Part shown: piece by piece, positions 1 through 9,733 of the stretch
How the letters are laid out: the number at the start of each line of letters is the position of its first letter
Position numbering within the stretch: the stretch's first letter is position 1
Assembly: GCA_009773755.1 (NCBI GenBank)
Contig: WSZJ01000008.1
Location: 9,160-73,159, forward strand
Direction: 5' to 3'
Source: Planctomycetota bacterium
GTDB taxonomy: Bacteria > Planctomycetota > MHYJ01 > WSZJ01
DNA: 64,000 nt
Program-made: the position numbers and the translations under genes
Notes under the pieces: model-generated
What the model saw: the letters and a program-made list of their open reading frames with translations, nothing else
What the model was told of the DNA's origin: nothing
Database searches by the model: none

Positions 1-945
1 CTCTGCGATCCGCCTCACGCCACAGCGGCGCTGATTGCGGCGTGCTACGCGGCGGGGGCGAAATTCCTGAACCTGACGGTGGTTCGCGACGTGGTCTGGC
101 GCGAAAACCGCCTCGAGGGTCTCGTTGTGAATTACGCGCCGATCTACAGCATGCCGCAGGGCACGGCGCACGTGGACCCGATCCCGCTTGAAGCGCATAT
201 TGTTGTCGACGCGACGGGGCACGACGCCGCTGTGGTGAATCTGCTGGCGAAGCGGAACATCTGCGCGAAGCCGCCGGGAAACGGGGCGATGTGGATTGAG
301 GAATCGGAAGAAGAAGTCGTAAAGCGGACGGGTGAGTACCTGCCCAATCTGTGGATCTGCGGCCTCTCGGTGGCGGCGGTGCACGGCACGCCCAGGATGG
401 GACCTGCGTTCGGTGGGATGCTTCTTTCCGGCCAGCGGGCCGCGGAGCAGATTCTCGTGAAACTGCGGCGTCCCGCCACGCCCACGGCGACGCAGGCGTA
501 CAAGACGGCAACGCCCGGACCTGCCGCGGCGGGAGTCGTACAGGTCAAGCTTCCTCCGGTCGCCGGGACGCTTACGCCGATCGCGCCGACAAAGTCGTTC
601 GGGGCGGTCGCCACGCTTCCCCCCGCGCCTGTGACGACAGGCCGTTTCCCCGGCGCCACGATACCCGCGCCAGGGACGCCTGTTTCCGGCACGAGGACGC
701 CGAGCGGAATGCAACCGGCAGTGACGGCGCAAGTCCCGGCAAAGCCGGCACAGACTCCCAGCAGCGGAAACCTGCCAGCTGTTAACTCTGGCCAGAATCC
801 GGCCGGCTCGCCTTCAAATCCGCCGAGCCCCCCGGTGAATCCGCCGCCCGTCGCCCCGCCGGACCCCGGCATTCCGACGGTCAACCCGGAGACCAACCGC
901 TGGATGCGAGGCAGCACCAGCCGCTTCTTCAAGAAGAAGCCCTGA
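1..945 (+). CDS. thi4: Thi4-family thiazole synthase, 5'-partial (continues upstream of the window), with a ~160-aa Pro/Thr/Ala-rich C-terminal extension
   Basis: Frame 1 is open from nt 1 to the TGA at 943-945. Motifs HIVVDATGHDAAVV and GTPRMGPAFGGMLLSGQRAAEQIL match the C-terminal half of Thi4/THI1 thiazole synthases. Sequence after about nt 465 is low complexity. Confidence 0.8.
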   Translation, partial: LCDPPHATAALIAACYAAGAKFLNLTVVRDVVWRENRLEGLVVNYAPIYSMPQGTAHVDPIPLEAHIVVDATGHDAAVVNLLAKRNICAKPPGNGAMWIEESEEEVVKRTGEYLPNLWICGLSVAAVHGTPRMGPAFGGMLLSGQRAAEQILVKLRRPATPTATQAYKTATPGPAAAGVVQVKLPPVAGTLTPIAPTKSFGAVATLPPAPVTTGRFPGATIPAPGTPVSGTRTPSGMQPAVTAQVPAKPAQTPSSGNLPAVNSGQNPAGSPSNPPSPPVNPPPVAPPDPGIPTVNPETNRWMRGSTSRFFKKKP

Positions 946-953
946 CCTCGGCG

Positions 954-2237
954 CTACAAGCTGGTCTTGAGCGAATCCCGCAAGATGTCCAGCCCGCGAT
1001 CCAGGTCCGCCTTCTTCACATTCAGCGGCGGAATGAAGCGGATCACGTTGTGCGCCTGGCCGCAGTAGAGCAGGACGAGCCCGGCCTCCTGGCATTTCTT
1101 GCGCACGACCTCGACGAGTTCCGCGTTCGGATCGCGCCCGTTCTTCACGAACTCGATCCCGATCATCAGGCCGGGGCCGCGGACGTCGCCGATGACGGCG
1201 CACTCCTTCTTCAGCGCCATCAGCCGCTCGGTCACGTGCTTCCCCGCCGCGCGCGCCTTGTCGAGAATCTTCTCCTTCTTCATCGTCTCGATCACGGCCA
1301 GCGCCGCCGCGCACGCCACCGGATTGCCGCCAAACGTCGTCCCGTGCGCGCCCTTTTCCCATTTCTCCATGATCGACGCCTTCGCGCACACCGCGCCCAG
1401 CGGCAGCCCGCCGCCGATCGCTTTCGCGACCGCCATGATGTCGGGTGAGACGCCGAAGTACTGCGCCGCAAACCACTCTCCGGTTCGTCCAAAACCTGAC
1501 TGGACCTCGTCGAACACCAGAAGGATTCCGTGCTTGTCGCAGAGCTTGCGGAGTTCCTGCAGGAAGCGCTTCGGCGCCGGCGTGTACCCGCCTTCTCCCT
1601 GGATTGGCTCGATGATGAAGGCCGCGACTTCGTCGGGCGCGAGGCGCGTCTCGAAGAGATCCTGGATCTCCGCCAGCGTCGCCTTCGTCGCCGCCTCTTC
1701 GCTTCCCGCGCGGAACGCCGACGGGAATGGAACATGGACGACCTCCGGGACGAGCGGGCGGTACCTGCGCCGGTATTTGGCGGCGCTCGAGGTGAGCGAA
1801 AGCGAGCCCATCGTCCTGCCGTGGAAGCCGCCGGAGAACGCGATCACCGCCGGGCGGCCGGTGGCGTAGCGCGCGAGTTTGAAGGCTCCCTCGACTGCTT
1901 CGGTCCCCGAATTCGAGAAGAAAAACCGGTCGAGCCCCTCGGGCATGATCGACTGAAGCGCCTCCCCGAGGTCCACGATGGGCGCGTGCTGAAAGACGCC
2001 CCCGGTGTGGATCAGTGTCCGGACCTGCTTCTCGATCGCCTCGATCACCGCAGGATGACCGTGGCCGAGCGCGAGCGTGGCCGTGCCGCAGGCAAAATCG
2101 AGGTAGGTGCGCCCGTCGTCGCATTCGACGTGACAGCCGGAAGCGCGGATCGCGCCCAGCTGCGTTGCCCAGCCGAGCACCGGCGCGAGCACGGCAGGTG
2201 AACGCGAGGAAATCGTGGCGGCAGTCTTGCGGGTCAT
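954..2237 (-). CDS. Class-III (acetylornithine/GABA-type) PLP-dependent aminotransferase
   Basis: ORF 954-2300. Motifs SNSGTEAVEGAFKLAR, SGGFHGRT and DEVQSGFGRTGEWFA are typical of class-III aminotransferases. The ATG at 2237 (MTRK) is preferred over the TTG at 2300, but the start is uncertain. Confidence 0.85.
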   Translation of the reverse strand: MTRKTAATISSRSPAVLAPVLGWATQLGAIRASGCHVECDDGRTYLDFACGTATLALGHGHPAVIEAIEKQVRTLIHTGGVFQHAPIVDLGEALQSIMPEGLDRFFFSNSGTEAVEGAFKLARYATGRPAVIAFSGGFHGRTMGSLSLTSSAAKYRRRYRPLVPEVVHVPFPSAFRAGSEEAATKATLAEIQDLFETRLAPDEVAAFIIEPIQGEGGYTPAPKRFLQELRKLCDKHGILLVFDEVQSGFGRTGEWFAAQYFGVSPDIMAVAKAIGGGLPLGAVCAKASIMEKWEKGAHGTTFGGNPVACAAALAVIETMKKEKILDKARAAGKHVTERLMALKKECAVIGDVRGPGLMIGIEFVKNGRDPNAELVEVVRKKCQEAGLVLLYCGQAHNVIRFIPPLNVKKADLDRGLDILRDSLKTSL

Positions 2238-2396
2238 GGCAGGTTCCGGACGGGTGGGAATGGCGGCGAGTCGGCTCATTGCCCTATCGTCGGCGAACAA
2301 TTTTCATTTTTCAATGATCAATCTGCAGCCGCTTCATTGCGTCTCTCCGCTTCTGCGCCGACAATCCCTCCAGCCCCCTTTCCAAGGTGACTCCGC

Positions 2397-4118
2397 ATGG
2401 CCTTCCAGGGCGACGTCGGCCAGATCGGCCTTGCCGACGTCCTCGGTTCCATCGCCGCCAACCAGCTCGGCGGCACGCTTCACGTGTCCAGCGAGCGCGG
2501 CGAGGCGTGGCTGGCGTTCGAGGGCGGGGCAGTGAAGTCGTTCTCGCGAGGGGTGAACAAAGCGCTTACAGCGGAGGAGGTTTTCCGAAACCGGGTTCCG
2601 CCGGGCTCGGAGGACGTGGACTCGCTCGTCAAGAAGAAGCGCCGCACGAAGAAGTCCTGGGCGGATTTCGCCGAGGCGCAGGGCGCCATGGGGGCCGATC
2701 AGTTTCGCGGCCTTCTTTCCGCCGAGCTGACAGAAAACGCGGTCGAGATCTTCTTCTGGTCTCCCGCGAAATTCGATTTCGTCCCCGGCCCCCCGTCCGC
2801 CGAGATCTTCGGGGAGGAATTCGGCGTTGTCCTCGACGTGAACAGCCTGATCATGGAAGCGGCTCGCCGGCGGGACCACTGGGAAATGATCCACAAGGTC
2901 ATAGCGTCGCCGGAGGACGTCTTCATCCGCCGCCGCCCCGAACCGCCACAGGGCCTTTCACCGCTTCAGCAAGCCGTCTGGGACCAGTGCACCGGATCGA
3001 TGACGGTCCGGATGCTCGAGAAAGCGACCCGGGCGACCCGGTTTGCGACGTACGACGCGGTGTCGGAGCTGGTCCGTGGGGGGCACCTGCGGGCGTTGTC
3101 CGGGGACGAGATGGTCCGGCTCGGCGAGGAGCATTCCCGGGCCTCGCGAAACGCCGAAGCGATCCGGCTCTTCCAGCGCGCGTTGGATACGGAGCATGCG
3201 AATGTGGGGGTCCGGGAGAAGTTGGCCGAGGCTTACGTCAAGCACGGGGAACCCGCAAAGGCCGCGGGCGAGTACAAGCAGCTGGCGCACCGGGCGCAGG
3301 AGAAGGGGGAAGCGCTGGCGGCGGTGGGGCTGTACAAGAAGGCCGTCGCGTGTGCGCCGGACGATGCCGCGGCCCGGGAGAAGCTGGTACAGCTCCTGCG
3401 CGACACCGGACAGCGCGCGGACGCCGCTTCGGCCGCCCTCGGGCTCGCGATGCAGGCGCGGAAGATGCTGCTGCACGACCGGGCGCTGTCGGCGCTGAAC
3501 ACGGCGGTCGAGCTGGACCCGGCGAGCAAGCCGGCGCAGGAACTCCGCCTGGAGACGCTGCTCGCCCTCGGCCGGAAGACCGAGGCGGTCCGGCAGCTGG
3601 AAGCCATGGCCGACCGCGCTTCGGGCGACGACGAGAAGGTCACGCTGTTCGAGCGCGCCAACAAGCTGGATCCGGCCAGGACCGACCTGAAGCAGCGGAT
3701 CTCCGACATCCGGAGCGGCCGGCTGACGCGCAGGAAGGCGCTCCTCCGTCGGCTTGTCTGGGCGAGTTGCTTCGTCGCGATCATCTCGGCGGTGGGGTTT
3801 GCGGCCTTCTGGGAGATCAAGGCGCGGATTCGTTACGACGCCGCGCTGCAGGACGTCCACGTCCAGATGGTGGGTGGCGATTATGTGAAGGCGCTGGACC
3901 GTCTGCAGGAGTTCGCCCAGAGCGCCAAATGGACCCTGGCCGCGCGATCCGCAGACGCGGAAGCCAAATCGATTCAGGAGGCCGCGATCATCGAGCTGAA
4001 CAAAAAGCTGTCTCGCGCTTCCGAGGCGGACAAGCCCGCGATACTGGCCGAGAAAGAACTGCTAAGGATGTGGCCGAAGAAGCCGGCGCCGCCACCTCCC
4101 GGACCTGCGGGGCAGTAG
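2397..4118 (+). CDS. DUF4388 (PatA-like N-terminal) domain protein with TPR-like repeats and one predicted TM segment
   Basis: The N-terminus GDVGQIGLADVLGSIAANQLGGTLHV...AWLAFEGGAV resembles the DUF4388 signature. The central region has TPR-like helical repeats (AEAYVKHGEPAKAAGEYKQLA...). A hydrophobic stretch, LVWASCFVAIISAVGFAAFW, is present. Confidence 0.65.
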   Translation: MAFQGDVGQIGLADVLGSIAANQLGGTLHVSSERGEAWLAFEGGAVKSFSRGVNKALTAEEVFRNRVPPGSEDVDSLVKKKRRTKKSWADFAEAQGAMGADQFRGLLSAELTENAVEIFFWSPAKFDFVPGPPSAEIFGEEFGVVLDVNSLIMEAARRRDHWEMIHKVIASPEDVFIRRRPEPPQGLSPLQQAVWDQCTGSMTVRMLEKATRATRFATYDAVSELVRGGHLRALSGDEMVRLGEEHSRASRNAEAIRLFQRALDTEHANVGVREKLAEAYVKHGEPAKAAGEYKQLAHRAQEKGEALAAVGLYKKAVACAPDDAAAREKLVQLLRDTGQRADAASAALGLAMQARKMLLHDRALSALNTAVELDPASKPAQELRLETLLALGRKTEAVRQLEAMADRASGDDEKVTLFERANKLDPARTDLKQRISDIRSGRLTRRKALLRRLVWASCFVAIISAVGFAAFWEIKARIRYDAALQDVHVQMVGGDYVKALDRLQEFAQSAKWTLAARSADAEAKSIQEAAIIELNKKLSRASEADKPAILAEKELLRMWPKKPAPPPPGPAGQ

Positions 4119-4119
4119 C

Positions 4120-4971
4120 CTAGCTGTGGACGCGGTTTCCGCCGGCCGCCTTGGCGCGGTACATCGCCAGGTCGGCCGCCCGGACCAGCTCGCGCGAGGA
4201 CATCCCGTCCTTCATCGTCGCGACGCCGATTGACGACGTAATCGCCGGCCCGACCTCCTGCTCGACCCGCGCGCGCAGGCGCTCCGCGGCCGTCCGCCCG
4301 GCTTCCAGCTCCACTTCCGGGAAAATGAACACGAATTCGTCCCCCCCGTAGCGGAAGGCGAGGTCCACGTGGCGGCGAAGAGTCGTCAGCGCGGCGCGCC
4401 CGACCTTCCGAAGCGCACCGTCCCCCGCCTGGTGCCCCTGTGAGTCGTTGTATTCCTTGAACCCGTCCAGATCGGCCAGCGCCATCGACAACGGGTGCTT
4501 CATCCGCTTGGCGCGCTCGACCTCCTCGACAACCCGCTCGTTGAAATGCGCACGGTTATACAGCCCGGTCAGCGAATCCGTGATCGCCAGCCGTTTGAGT
4601 TCCCGCTCCAGCCGCTTCCGCCGCCGGATGTCCTTTGAGATGCCGATCGTTCCCAGGAGCTTCCCCGACTCGTCGCGAAGCTGCGACATCGTCACCGAAA
4701 CGTCGATCGACCGGCCGTCGCGGGACTTCACGCGCGTCTCATAATCGATGACCCTCCCCTTCTTCTCGATCAGCCGGAGCAGCTTCCGCCGCTCCTCCGG
4801 CTCTTCCCAGATCCCCTCAGCGGGCTTTCCCAGGATCTCCTCCCGCTTCCAGCCGAACAGGTGTTCCGCCGCGGGATTCCACTCGGCGACATTCCCTGCC
4901 TCGTCCGTCGTGACGATGGCGTCGGCGGAGTGCTCGAGGATCGCTCGCAAGTAGGCTTCGCTTCGGAGCAT
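4120..4971 (-). CDS. PAS-domain diguanylate cyclase (GGDEF)
   Basis: A PAS-like segment (ILEHSADAIVTTDEAGNVAEWNPAAEHLFGW) is followed by a GGDEF domain (DSLTGLYNR ... RYGGDEFVFIF). The ATG at 4971 is preferred because a terminator hairpin occupies 5033-5056. Confidence 0.85.
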   Translation of the reverse strand: MLRSEAYLRAILEHSADAIVTTDEAGNVAEWNPAAEHLFGWKREEILGKPAEGIWEEPEERRKLLRLIEKKGRVIDYETRVKSRDGRSIDVSVTMSQLRDESGKLLGTIGISKDIRRRKRLERELKRLAITDSLTGLYNRAHFNERVVEEVERAKRMKHPLSMALADLDGFKEYNDSQGHQAGDGALRKVGRAALTTLRRHVDLAFRYGGDEFVFIFPEVELEAGRTAAERLRARVEQEVGPAITSSIGVATMKDGMSSRELVRAADLAMYRAKAAGGNRVHS

Positions 4972-5023
4972 GGGGGCGCGGATTGTACGGGGCGCGGGTG
5001 CCAACGCAATCCTATGGGCCCAC

Positions 5024-5056
5024 CCAAACAAAAACGCCGGCCAGGAGGCCGGCGTT
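5024..5056 (-). terminator. Rho-independent terminator downstream of the RsbW-like gene
   Basis: A 10-bp GC-rich stem (AACGCCGGCC at 5033-5042 pairing with GGCCGGCGTT at 5047-5056) has a 4-nt loop. On the minus strand it is followed by TTTTGTTTG. Confidence 0.6.
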
Positions 5057-5075
5057 TGACGGTTTTGCGTTCGTC

Positions 5076-5501
5076 CTAAACGAACTTCACCAGCGTCAGC
5101 TCGTTCTGAAACCCCTTCCTGTACGTGTAGTTCACTTCGTCCATCACCTCGCGCATCAGGAAAATCCCCATCTGGTGCTTTCGCTCGTTCTCCAGGTGGG
5201 CCCGCAGCTCGTTTTCCATCATTCCCGAAGAGTCGCAGTGGTTGGTGAAGTCGTCGATGACGGCCCTGAAGCGGGTCTCATCGAGGTCGATCGAGATGCG
5301 GATATCGCCCTGGCGGTTGGTGCCGCGGGCGTGGTCGATGATAGAAGCGAGGGCTTCGTCGACGGCGTGGGTGACGAGGCGTCCGTCGCGCTCGGCGAGG
5401 CCGCGTTCGGTCCACATGGCCTGAACGGCGGCGCGGATGTCGACGAGGTGGCGCGGGTCGCAGGCGAACGTCAGTTCCTTCTGGTGGGTCTTGGCCGGCA
5501 T
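5076..5501 (-). CDS. Anti-sigma regulatory factor-like Ser/Thr kinase (RsbW/SpoIIAB-type HATPase)
   Basis: 141 aa. The pattern VTHAVDEALASIIDHA ... IRISIDLDETRFRAVIDDF ... GMGIFLMREVMDEVNY resembles the HATPase_c fold of anti-sigma kinases. Confidence 0.6.
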   Translation of the reverse strand: MPAKTHQKELTFACDPRHLVDIRAAVQAMWTERGLAERDGRLVTHAVDEALASIIDHARGTNRQGDIRISIDLDETRFRAVIDDFTNHCDSSGMMENELRAHLENERKHQMGIFLMREVMDEVNYTYRKGFQNELTLVKFV

Positions 5502-5619
5502 CTGGGTTCCTTTCAGCAGAGTGACTATATCAGCCCCCTGTCTTTCGGCTAGAACAAATAAGGAACTTAAAGAATTCGCAACGTATGCAAATTGAATCTT
5601 CGCATCCGACCGCGACGGT

Positions 5620-6621
5620 CTATTTTTTCTTCGGCTCCAGGTCCGGCACCGCGTATCGCAGGCCCTTCACGTACTGCTCCCGCAGCCGTCGCATGAACGA
5701 CTCGAGGGCCGACCGCTCCTTCTGCATGCCCCGGACCTGCTCGCGGAGGTTTTCGAAGGTCTGCGGATTTGCGGGGAAGCGCTTGTTAAGCCGGAGAACG
5801 TGAAATCCCATCCTGGTTTCCACCACGGCGGACAGCTCTCCCGGATTCTGAAGGGCGAAAGCGGCGTCCTCGAATTTCTCCCCGAGTCGGGTCATGCCGC
5901 GGATGAACTCCGGGAGCTTCCCCCCGTCTTTCGCAGAATTGGCGTCGTCGGACTCGGTCTGGGCGACCTTGCCGAAATCGGCGCCTTGCACGACCTGCTC
6001 GCGGAGGGCCGCGGCCTTCCGGGCATCTCCGACCACGAGGTGCGACAAGGAAACCCGGGGTTCGGTGAGGTAGGCGTATCCCAGCATGTACTCCAGCAGG
6101 ATCTGCCGCTGCAGGTCTTCGTTCTTCCCGATTTCCGTCCTGAGCTGGTCGACCGTCTTTCCCAGCTGCGCAAGGTATTCCTTGAGCGTCATCTTGTATT
6201 TCTGCTGCGTTTCGCGTTCCCGCGCCTGCATCTCCTGGTCGACCCTGGCAGCGAGTTCCTTGTCGGTGATGGAAACGCCGCTGTCCTTGACCGCGCATTC
6301 GAAGACGTGACGCAGGATGATCTCCTCGAGAACCTCGCGGCCGAACCACTCGACCGAGCGGCGCAGCAGTTCCTCGCGCGTGATCTTGCGACCGTCCATC
6401 TCCGCGACGATTTCGGGCAGTCCAAGAAGCGGCTGTTCGCCGGAGCCGGGGTCGCCGGCTGCGTTTCCGCCGGCCGCGGCGGCGGGGGGAACTTCGGGCT
6501 CCCGGACCGCGCGCGGCTCCGGATCGGATGCCGAGGTGACCGGTTCGACCGATTTCGTGCATTCGTCCGACGCACATCCCGCCAGAATCGCCGCGAGCGC
6601 TCCCGCCAGGATCCTTCTCAT
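5620..6621 (-). CDS. Parvulin-type peptidyl-prolyl isomerase lipoprotein (SurA/PrsA-like)
   Basis: Signal peptide with a lipobox (ALAAILAGC). The C-terminal parvulin motif is SHLVV...GADFGKVAQTESDD...GGKLPEF...MGFHVLRL. Confidence 0.75.
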   Translation of the reverse strand: MRRILAGALAAILAGCASDECTKSVEPVTSASDPEPRAVREPEVPPAAAAGGNAAGDPGSGEQPLLGLPEIVAEMDGRKITREELLRRSVEWFGREVLEEIILRHVFECAVKDSGVSITDKELAARVDQEMQARERETQQKYKMTLKEYLAQLGKTVDQLRTEIGKNEDLQRQILLEYMLGYAYLTEPRVSLSHLVVGDARKAAALREQVVQGADFGKVAQTESDDANSAKDGGKLPEFIRGMTRLGEKFEDAAFALQNPGELSAVVETRMGFHVLRLNKRFPANPQTFENLREQVRGMQKERSALESFMRRLREQYVKGLRYAVPDLEPKKK

Positions 6622-6630
6622 CTTTGACTC

Positions 6631-7596
6631 CTATCCCCCCCGGGATCGGAGAAACTCGGCCACCGCCCGGATCGAGTCGTCGAGCGAGCGGCCGGGGGTC
6701 CAGCCGAGGTACCTTCGAGCTTTCGAGCATGAAGCGACCAGGGACGCGGGGTCTCCGGCGCGGCGAGGGCCATCCACGAACGGTACCTTTTTTCCCATGA
6801 CGCGACCGACGGAAGAGACGACTTCCCGGACCGTCGTCCCTTGCCCGCTTCCCAGATTGTACGCGCCACCCTCTCCGGGACGCAGCCGCTCCAGCGCGAG
6901 GACGTGGGCGTCGGCCAGGTCCCGCACGTCGACGTAGTCGCGGACGCAGGTGCCGTCGCGTGTTTCGTAATCCGTCCCCCAGATCGTGAAGGGTTTTCCG
7001 GTCGCAGCCGCGCGGATCACGAGCGGAACCAGGTGCGTCTCGTGTTCCCGCACCTCTCCCAGCCCCCACTCCGGCGCCGCCCCGCAGGCATTGAAATACC
7101 TCAGGCACGCGTACGACAGTCCGTCCGCCGGCCGCGCGTCTTCCAGCGCCTCTTCGAACTGCTTCTTCGTGCGCCCGTACGGATTGATCGGATGCTGACG
7201 CGATTCCTCGTCGATCGGCGTGATGGCAGGCGTCCCGTAAACCGCAGCGCTCGAGCTGAAGACGATCTTCCGGCACCCGGCGACGCGCATCGCTTCCAGA
7301 AGCCGCAGGCTGCCGACGACGTTGACGTCGTAATACAGGCCCGGGTTCGAAACCGATTCCGGCACGACCGCCTTCGCCGCAAAATGCATCGCCGCGTCGG
7401 GCAGGAACTCGCCGAATGCCTTGTCCAGCGCGGACCTGTCCCGGATGTCCCCGCGATAGACTCGCATCCCCTGGCATGCCCAGTCGTGCCCAGTTGAAAA
7501 ATCGTCGAACACGGCAATTTCATGCCCTGCGGCCTGGAGCGCGCGCCCGGTTACCCCGCCGATGAATCCCGCGCCGCCGGTGACGAGGACTTTCAC
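6631..7596 (-). CDS. galE: UDP-glucose 4-epimerase
   Basis: Motifs [19 protein letters not shown] and LRYFNACGA, with end-to-end SDR-extended epimerase similarity. The GTG start at 7596 overlaps the upstream stop (GTGA). The rest of the 635-aa track ORF upstream is off-frame overlap with the next gene. Confidence 0.85.
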   Translation of the reverse strand: MKVLVTGGAGFIGGVTGRALQAAGHEIAVFDDFSTGHDWACQGMRVYRGDIRDRSALDKAFGEFLPDAAMHFAAKAVVPESVSNPGLYYDVNVVGSLRLLEAMRVAGCRKIVFSSSAAVYGTPAITPIDEESRQHPINPYGRTKKQFEEALEDARPADGLSYACLRYFNACGAAPEWGLGEVREHETHLVPLVIRAAATGKPFTIWGTDYETRDGTCVRDYVDVRDLADAHVLALERLRPGEGGAYNLGSGQGTTVREVVSSVGRVMGKKVPFVDGPRRAGDPASLVASCSKARRYLGWTPGRSLDDSIRAVAEFLRSRGG

Positions 7597-8591
7597 GTGC
7601 GCACTCCCGGCCCTGAGCGAGCGAAGCGAAGCGCCGGATTCCCTCGCTTCGTTCTCGCGACCTGTTCCCTGAAATAAGGAAGCGTGAGTTTCAGGCCTTC
7701 CGCCCGGCTCACGCGCGGCTCCCAGTCGAGGACCTGCTTCGCCTTCGAGATGTCCGGCCTCCGCTGTTTCGGGTCGTCGACCAGCGCCGGCCTGTTCACC
7801 ACGCGGCTCTTCGACTTTGTCAACGCGATGATTTCCTCCGCGAGCCTCAGGATCGTGATCTCGACCGGGTTGCCCAGGTTGACCGGCTCGCGCTCGTCGC
7901 TCTGCAGCAGCCGGTAAATCCCGTCGATGAGGTCGCTCACGTAGCAGAAACTTCGCGTCTGCTTTCCGTCCCCGTAAATCGTGATGTCCCTTCCCCCAAG
8001 CGCCTGCCCGAAAAACTGCGGCAGCGCGCGCCCGTCGTTCAGGCGCATCCGCGGCCCGTACGTGTTGAAGATCCGCACCATCCGCGTGTCCACGCCGCGC
8101 GTCCGCCGGTACGCCATCACCAGCGCCTCGGAAAACCGCTTCGCCTCGTCGTACATGCTCCGCGGCCCGATCGGGTTCACGTGCCCCCAGTAGCTCTCGC
8201 GTTGCGGGTGCTCGAGCGGGTCGCCGTAGACCTCGCTGGTCGACGCGTGCAGGAAGCGCGCCTTCTTCTTTGCCGCGAGCAGAAGCGCGTTCTCCGTGCC
8301 GGCGCTGCCGACGCGCAGCGTCTCGACCTGCAGCCTGACGTAATCCTCGGGGGACGCGGGGCTGGCGAAATTCAGCACGGCGTCGACTTTTCCGGGGACG
8401 CTGAACGGCCGAGTGATGTCCTGCCGGATGAAGCGGAACCCCTTTGTCTTCGAGAGGTGCGCGATATTCGCGGGCGAACCGGTGAGAAAGCTGTCGACGG
8501 CCACGACCTGGTGGCCCCGCGAGAGGAACAGATCGCACAGATGCGACCCGATGAATCCGGCACCGCCGGTGATGACAACGCGCATCTGCAT
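7593..8591 (-). CDS. UDP-glucuronate decarboxylase (UDP-xylose synthase)
   Basis: Motifs [31 protein letters not shown] and [10 protein letters not shown] are typical of the UXS family. The last ~20 aa ([21 protein letters not shown]) are low complexity and encoded by a repeat arm. Confidence 0.85.
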   Translation of the reverse strand: MQMRVVITGGAGFIGSHLCDLFLSRGHQVVAVDSFLTGSPANIAHLSKTKGFRFIRQDITRPFSVPGKVDAVLNFASPASPEDYVRLQVETLRVGSAGTENALLLAAKKKARFLHASTSEVYGDPLEHPQRESYWGHVNPIGPRSMYDEAKRFSEALVMAYRRTRGVDTRMVRIFNTYGPRMRLNDGRALPQFFGQALGGRDITIYGDGKQTRSFCYVSDLIDGIYRLLQSDEREPVNLGNPVEITILRLAEEIIALTKSKSRVVNRPALVDDPKQRRPDISKAKQVLDWEPRVSRAEGLKLTLPYFREQVARTKRGNPALRFARSGPGVRT

Positions 8592-8628
8592 TCCTGATAG
8601 GGGAACTCGCTTCGCTCGCTCGGGCCGG
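7607..8628. repeat. Inverted repeat bracketing the UDP-glucuronate decarboxylase gene
   Basis: Arm 7607-7633 (CCGGCCCTGAGCGAGCGAAGCGAAGCG) matches the reverse complement of arm 8606-8628 (CTCGCTTCGCTCGCTCGGGCCGG). The match is 15 + 7 identical nt with one 1-nt bulge. One arm lies in the 3' end of the CDS and the other in its 5' leader. Confidence 0.6.
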
Positions 8629-8672
8629 TCGAGCCGAATAGTACGCGCCGCGTCCTCGACGTCAATGCGCGC

Positions 8673-9587
8673 TTAGCGTTCCCGCTGCGCTTCGCCCCAG
8701 CGCTGCCGGAGGTCGCGCATGCGCTGGTTCAGAAAACCCTCGACGCTTCCCTCTCCTACCACGTCGTCGCCGGTGCGGTAGGCCGAAATCACCTTGCGAT
8801 TGCGTTCGACTTCGCGGCGGATTTCGGAATCTTTCAGGGGTTTGGCGAGTTCGTCAGGATTCTCGGAAGCTTTTTTTTCGTTGGAGGCTTCAAGCAGCCT
8901 GACCTGTGCCGTGCGCGCCTTCAGACATTCGCCGGAATCGGAGGCGGCGAACACCGGCTGGAGTCGATCGATGTCCTCCCGGATGGTCGCGGAAGACCAC
9001 CAGCCCGGGAGAAAATGCCGGACGACGCCCTTCGCCGTGCAGAAGTACAGGCCGATCATCCCTGTGGGGCCGGTGTCTCCCTCCTCCGTCGGCGCCGCCT
9101 TCGGGTCGCGGTCGTCCGGTGCGCCGGCGACTTCCGCGTTCCACCAGAGGAGGACGAAGCGCGCGTTGAGCGCGTTCGCAAGATCCGGGTTCGAGATCTC
9201 GCGCCTCAGGGCTTCGCCGGCCCGCGAACGTGGCGCTTCCAGGGCGCCGTCAGCGCAGACAAGGAGGATCGGCTTCCCGGCCCGCACGGCCAGTTCCATC
9301 GCCGCCTTGATCCCCGTCGCCCACTGCGGCTTGCCGATTTCAGAAAGGGCATTCTTCAGACGCATCCTGACCTCAGCATCCTTCACCTGCCCGATCTCGC
9401 GTTCGATCAGGGCACGCGCTTCCGGTCCGAGCGCAACGAGGTCCTGCTCGGCCTGCTCGCGCACGGCCCAGGCGTCGTCGGCGAGCTTCGCGAGAAGCGC
9501 CTGGAATTTCTCCTCGATGCCCGCGTCCGCGAATACCGGCATCGCGGCGGCGAACAGAAGGGGGATCGAGGCGACGAAGCGAATCAT
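8673..9587 (-). CDS. Secreted hypothetical protein
   Basis: The ATG at 9587 is preceded by GGAGG. A signal-like N-terminus (MIRFVASIPLLFAAAMPVFA) is present. No motif could be assigned with confidence. Confidence 0.55.
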   Translation of the reverse strand: MIRFVASIPLLFAAAMPVFADAGIEEKFQALLAKLADDAWAVREQAEQDLVALGPEARALIEREIGQVKDAEVRMRLKNALSEIGKPQWATGIKAAMELAVRAGKPILLVCADGALEAPRSRAGEALRREISNPDLANALNARFVLLWWNAEVAGAPDDRDPKAAPTEEGDTGPTGMIGLYFCTAKGVVRHFLPGWWSSATIREDIDRLQPVFAASDSGECLKARTAQVRLLEASNEKKASENPDELAKPLKDSEIRREVERNRKVISAYRTGDDVVGEGSVEGFLNQRMRDLRQRWGEAQRER

Positions 9588-9733
9588 GGGGCGGCCTCCG
9601 GAGTGATGTGCGGGAGCGGCTCGAGGGATCGTAGCATCGGATCCTCCGCGCGTCTTTCCCATCTATGGACGCTGCTCGGCCCGCCAAGTTCACCCGCTGG
9701 CGCGGAATCTCGATAAAATGGCGCTAGCACCCG

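Noticed and set aside
2387-4123. 578-aa plus-strand ORF offset by one frame from the DUF4388 gene
   Set aside because: It is on the same strand but in a different frame from a gene with recognisable domains. Its composition is extremely Arg/Gly/Pro-rich.
5786-7477. 563-aa minus-strand ORF spanning the PPIase and galE genes
   Set aside because: It is an off-frame overlap of two genes with strong motifs, and its translation is Arg/Gly/Pro-rich.
7597-8538. Upstream 314 codons of the 635-aa ORF that contains galE
   Set aside because: The epimerase N-terminus ([10 protein letters not shown]) begins at the GTG at 7596. The upstream part overlaps the UXS gene out of frame and is compositionally biased.
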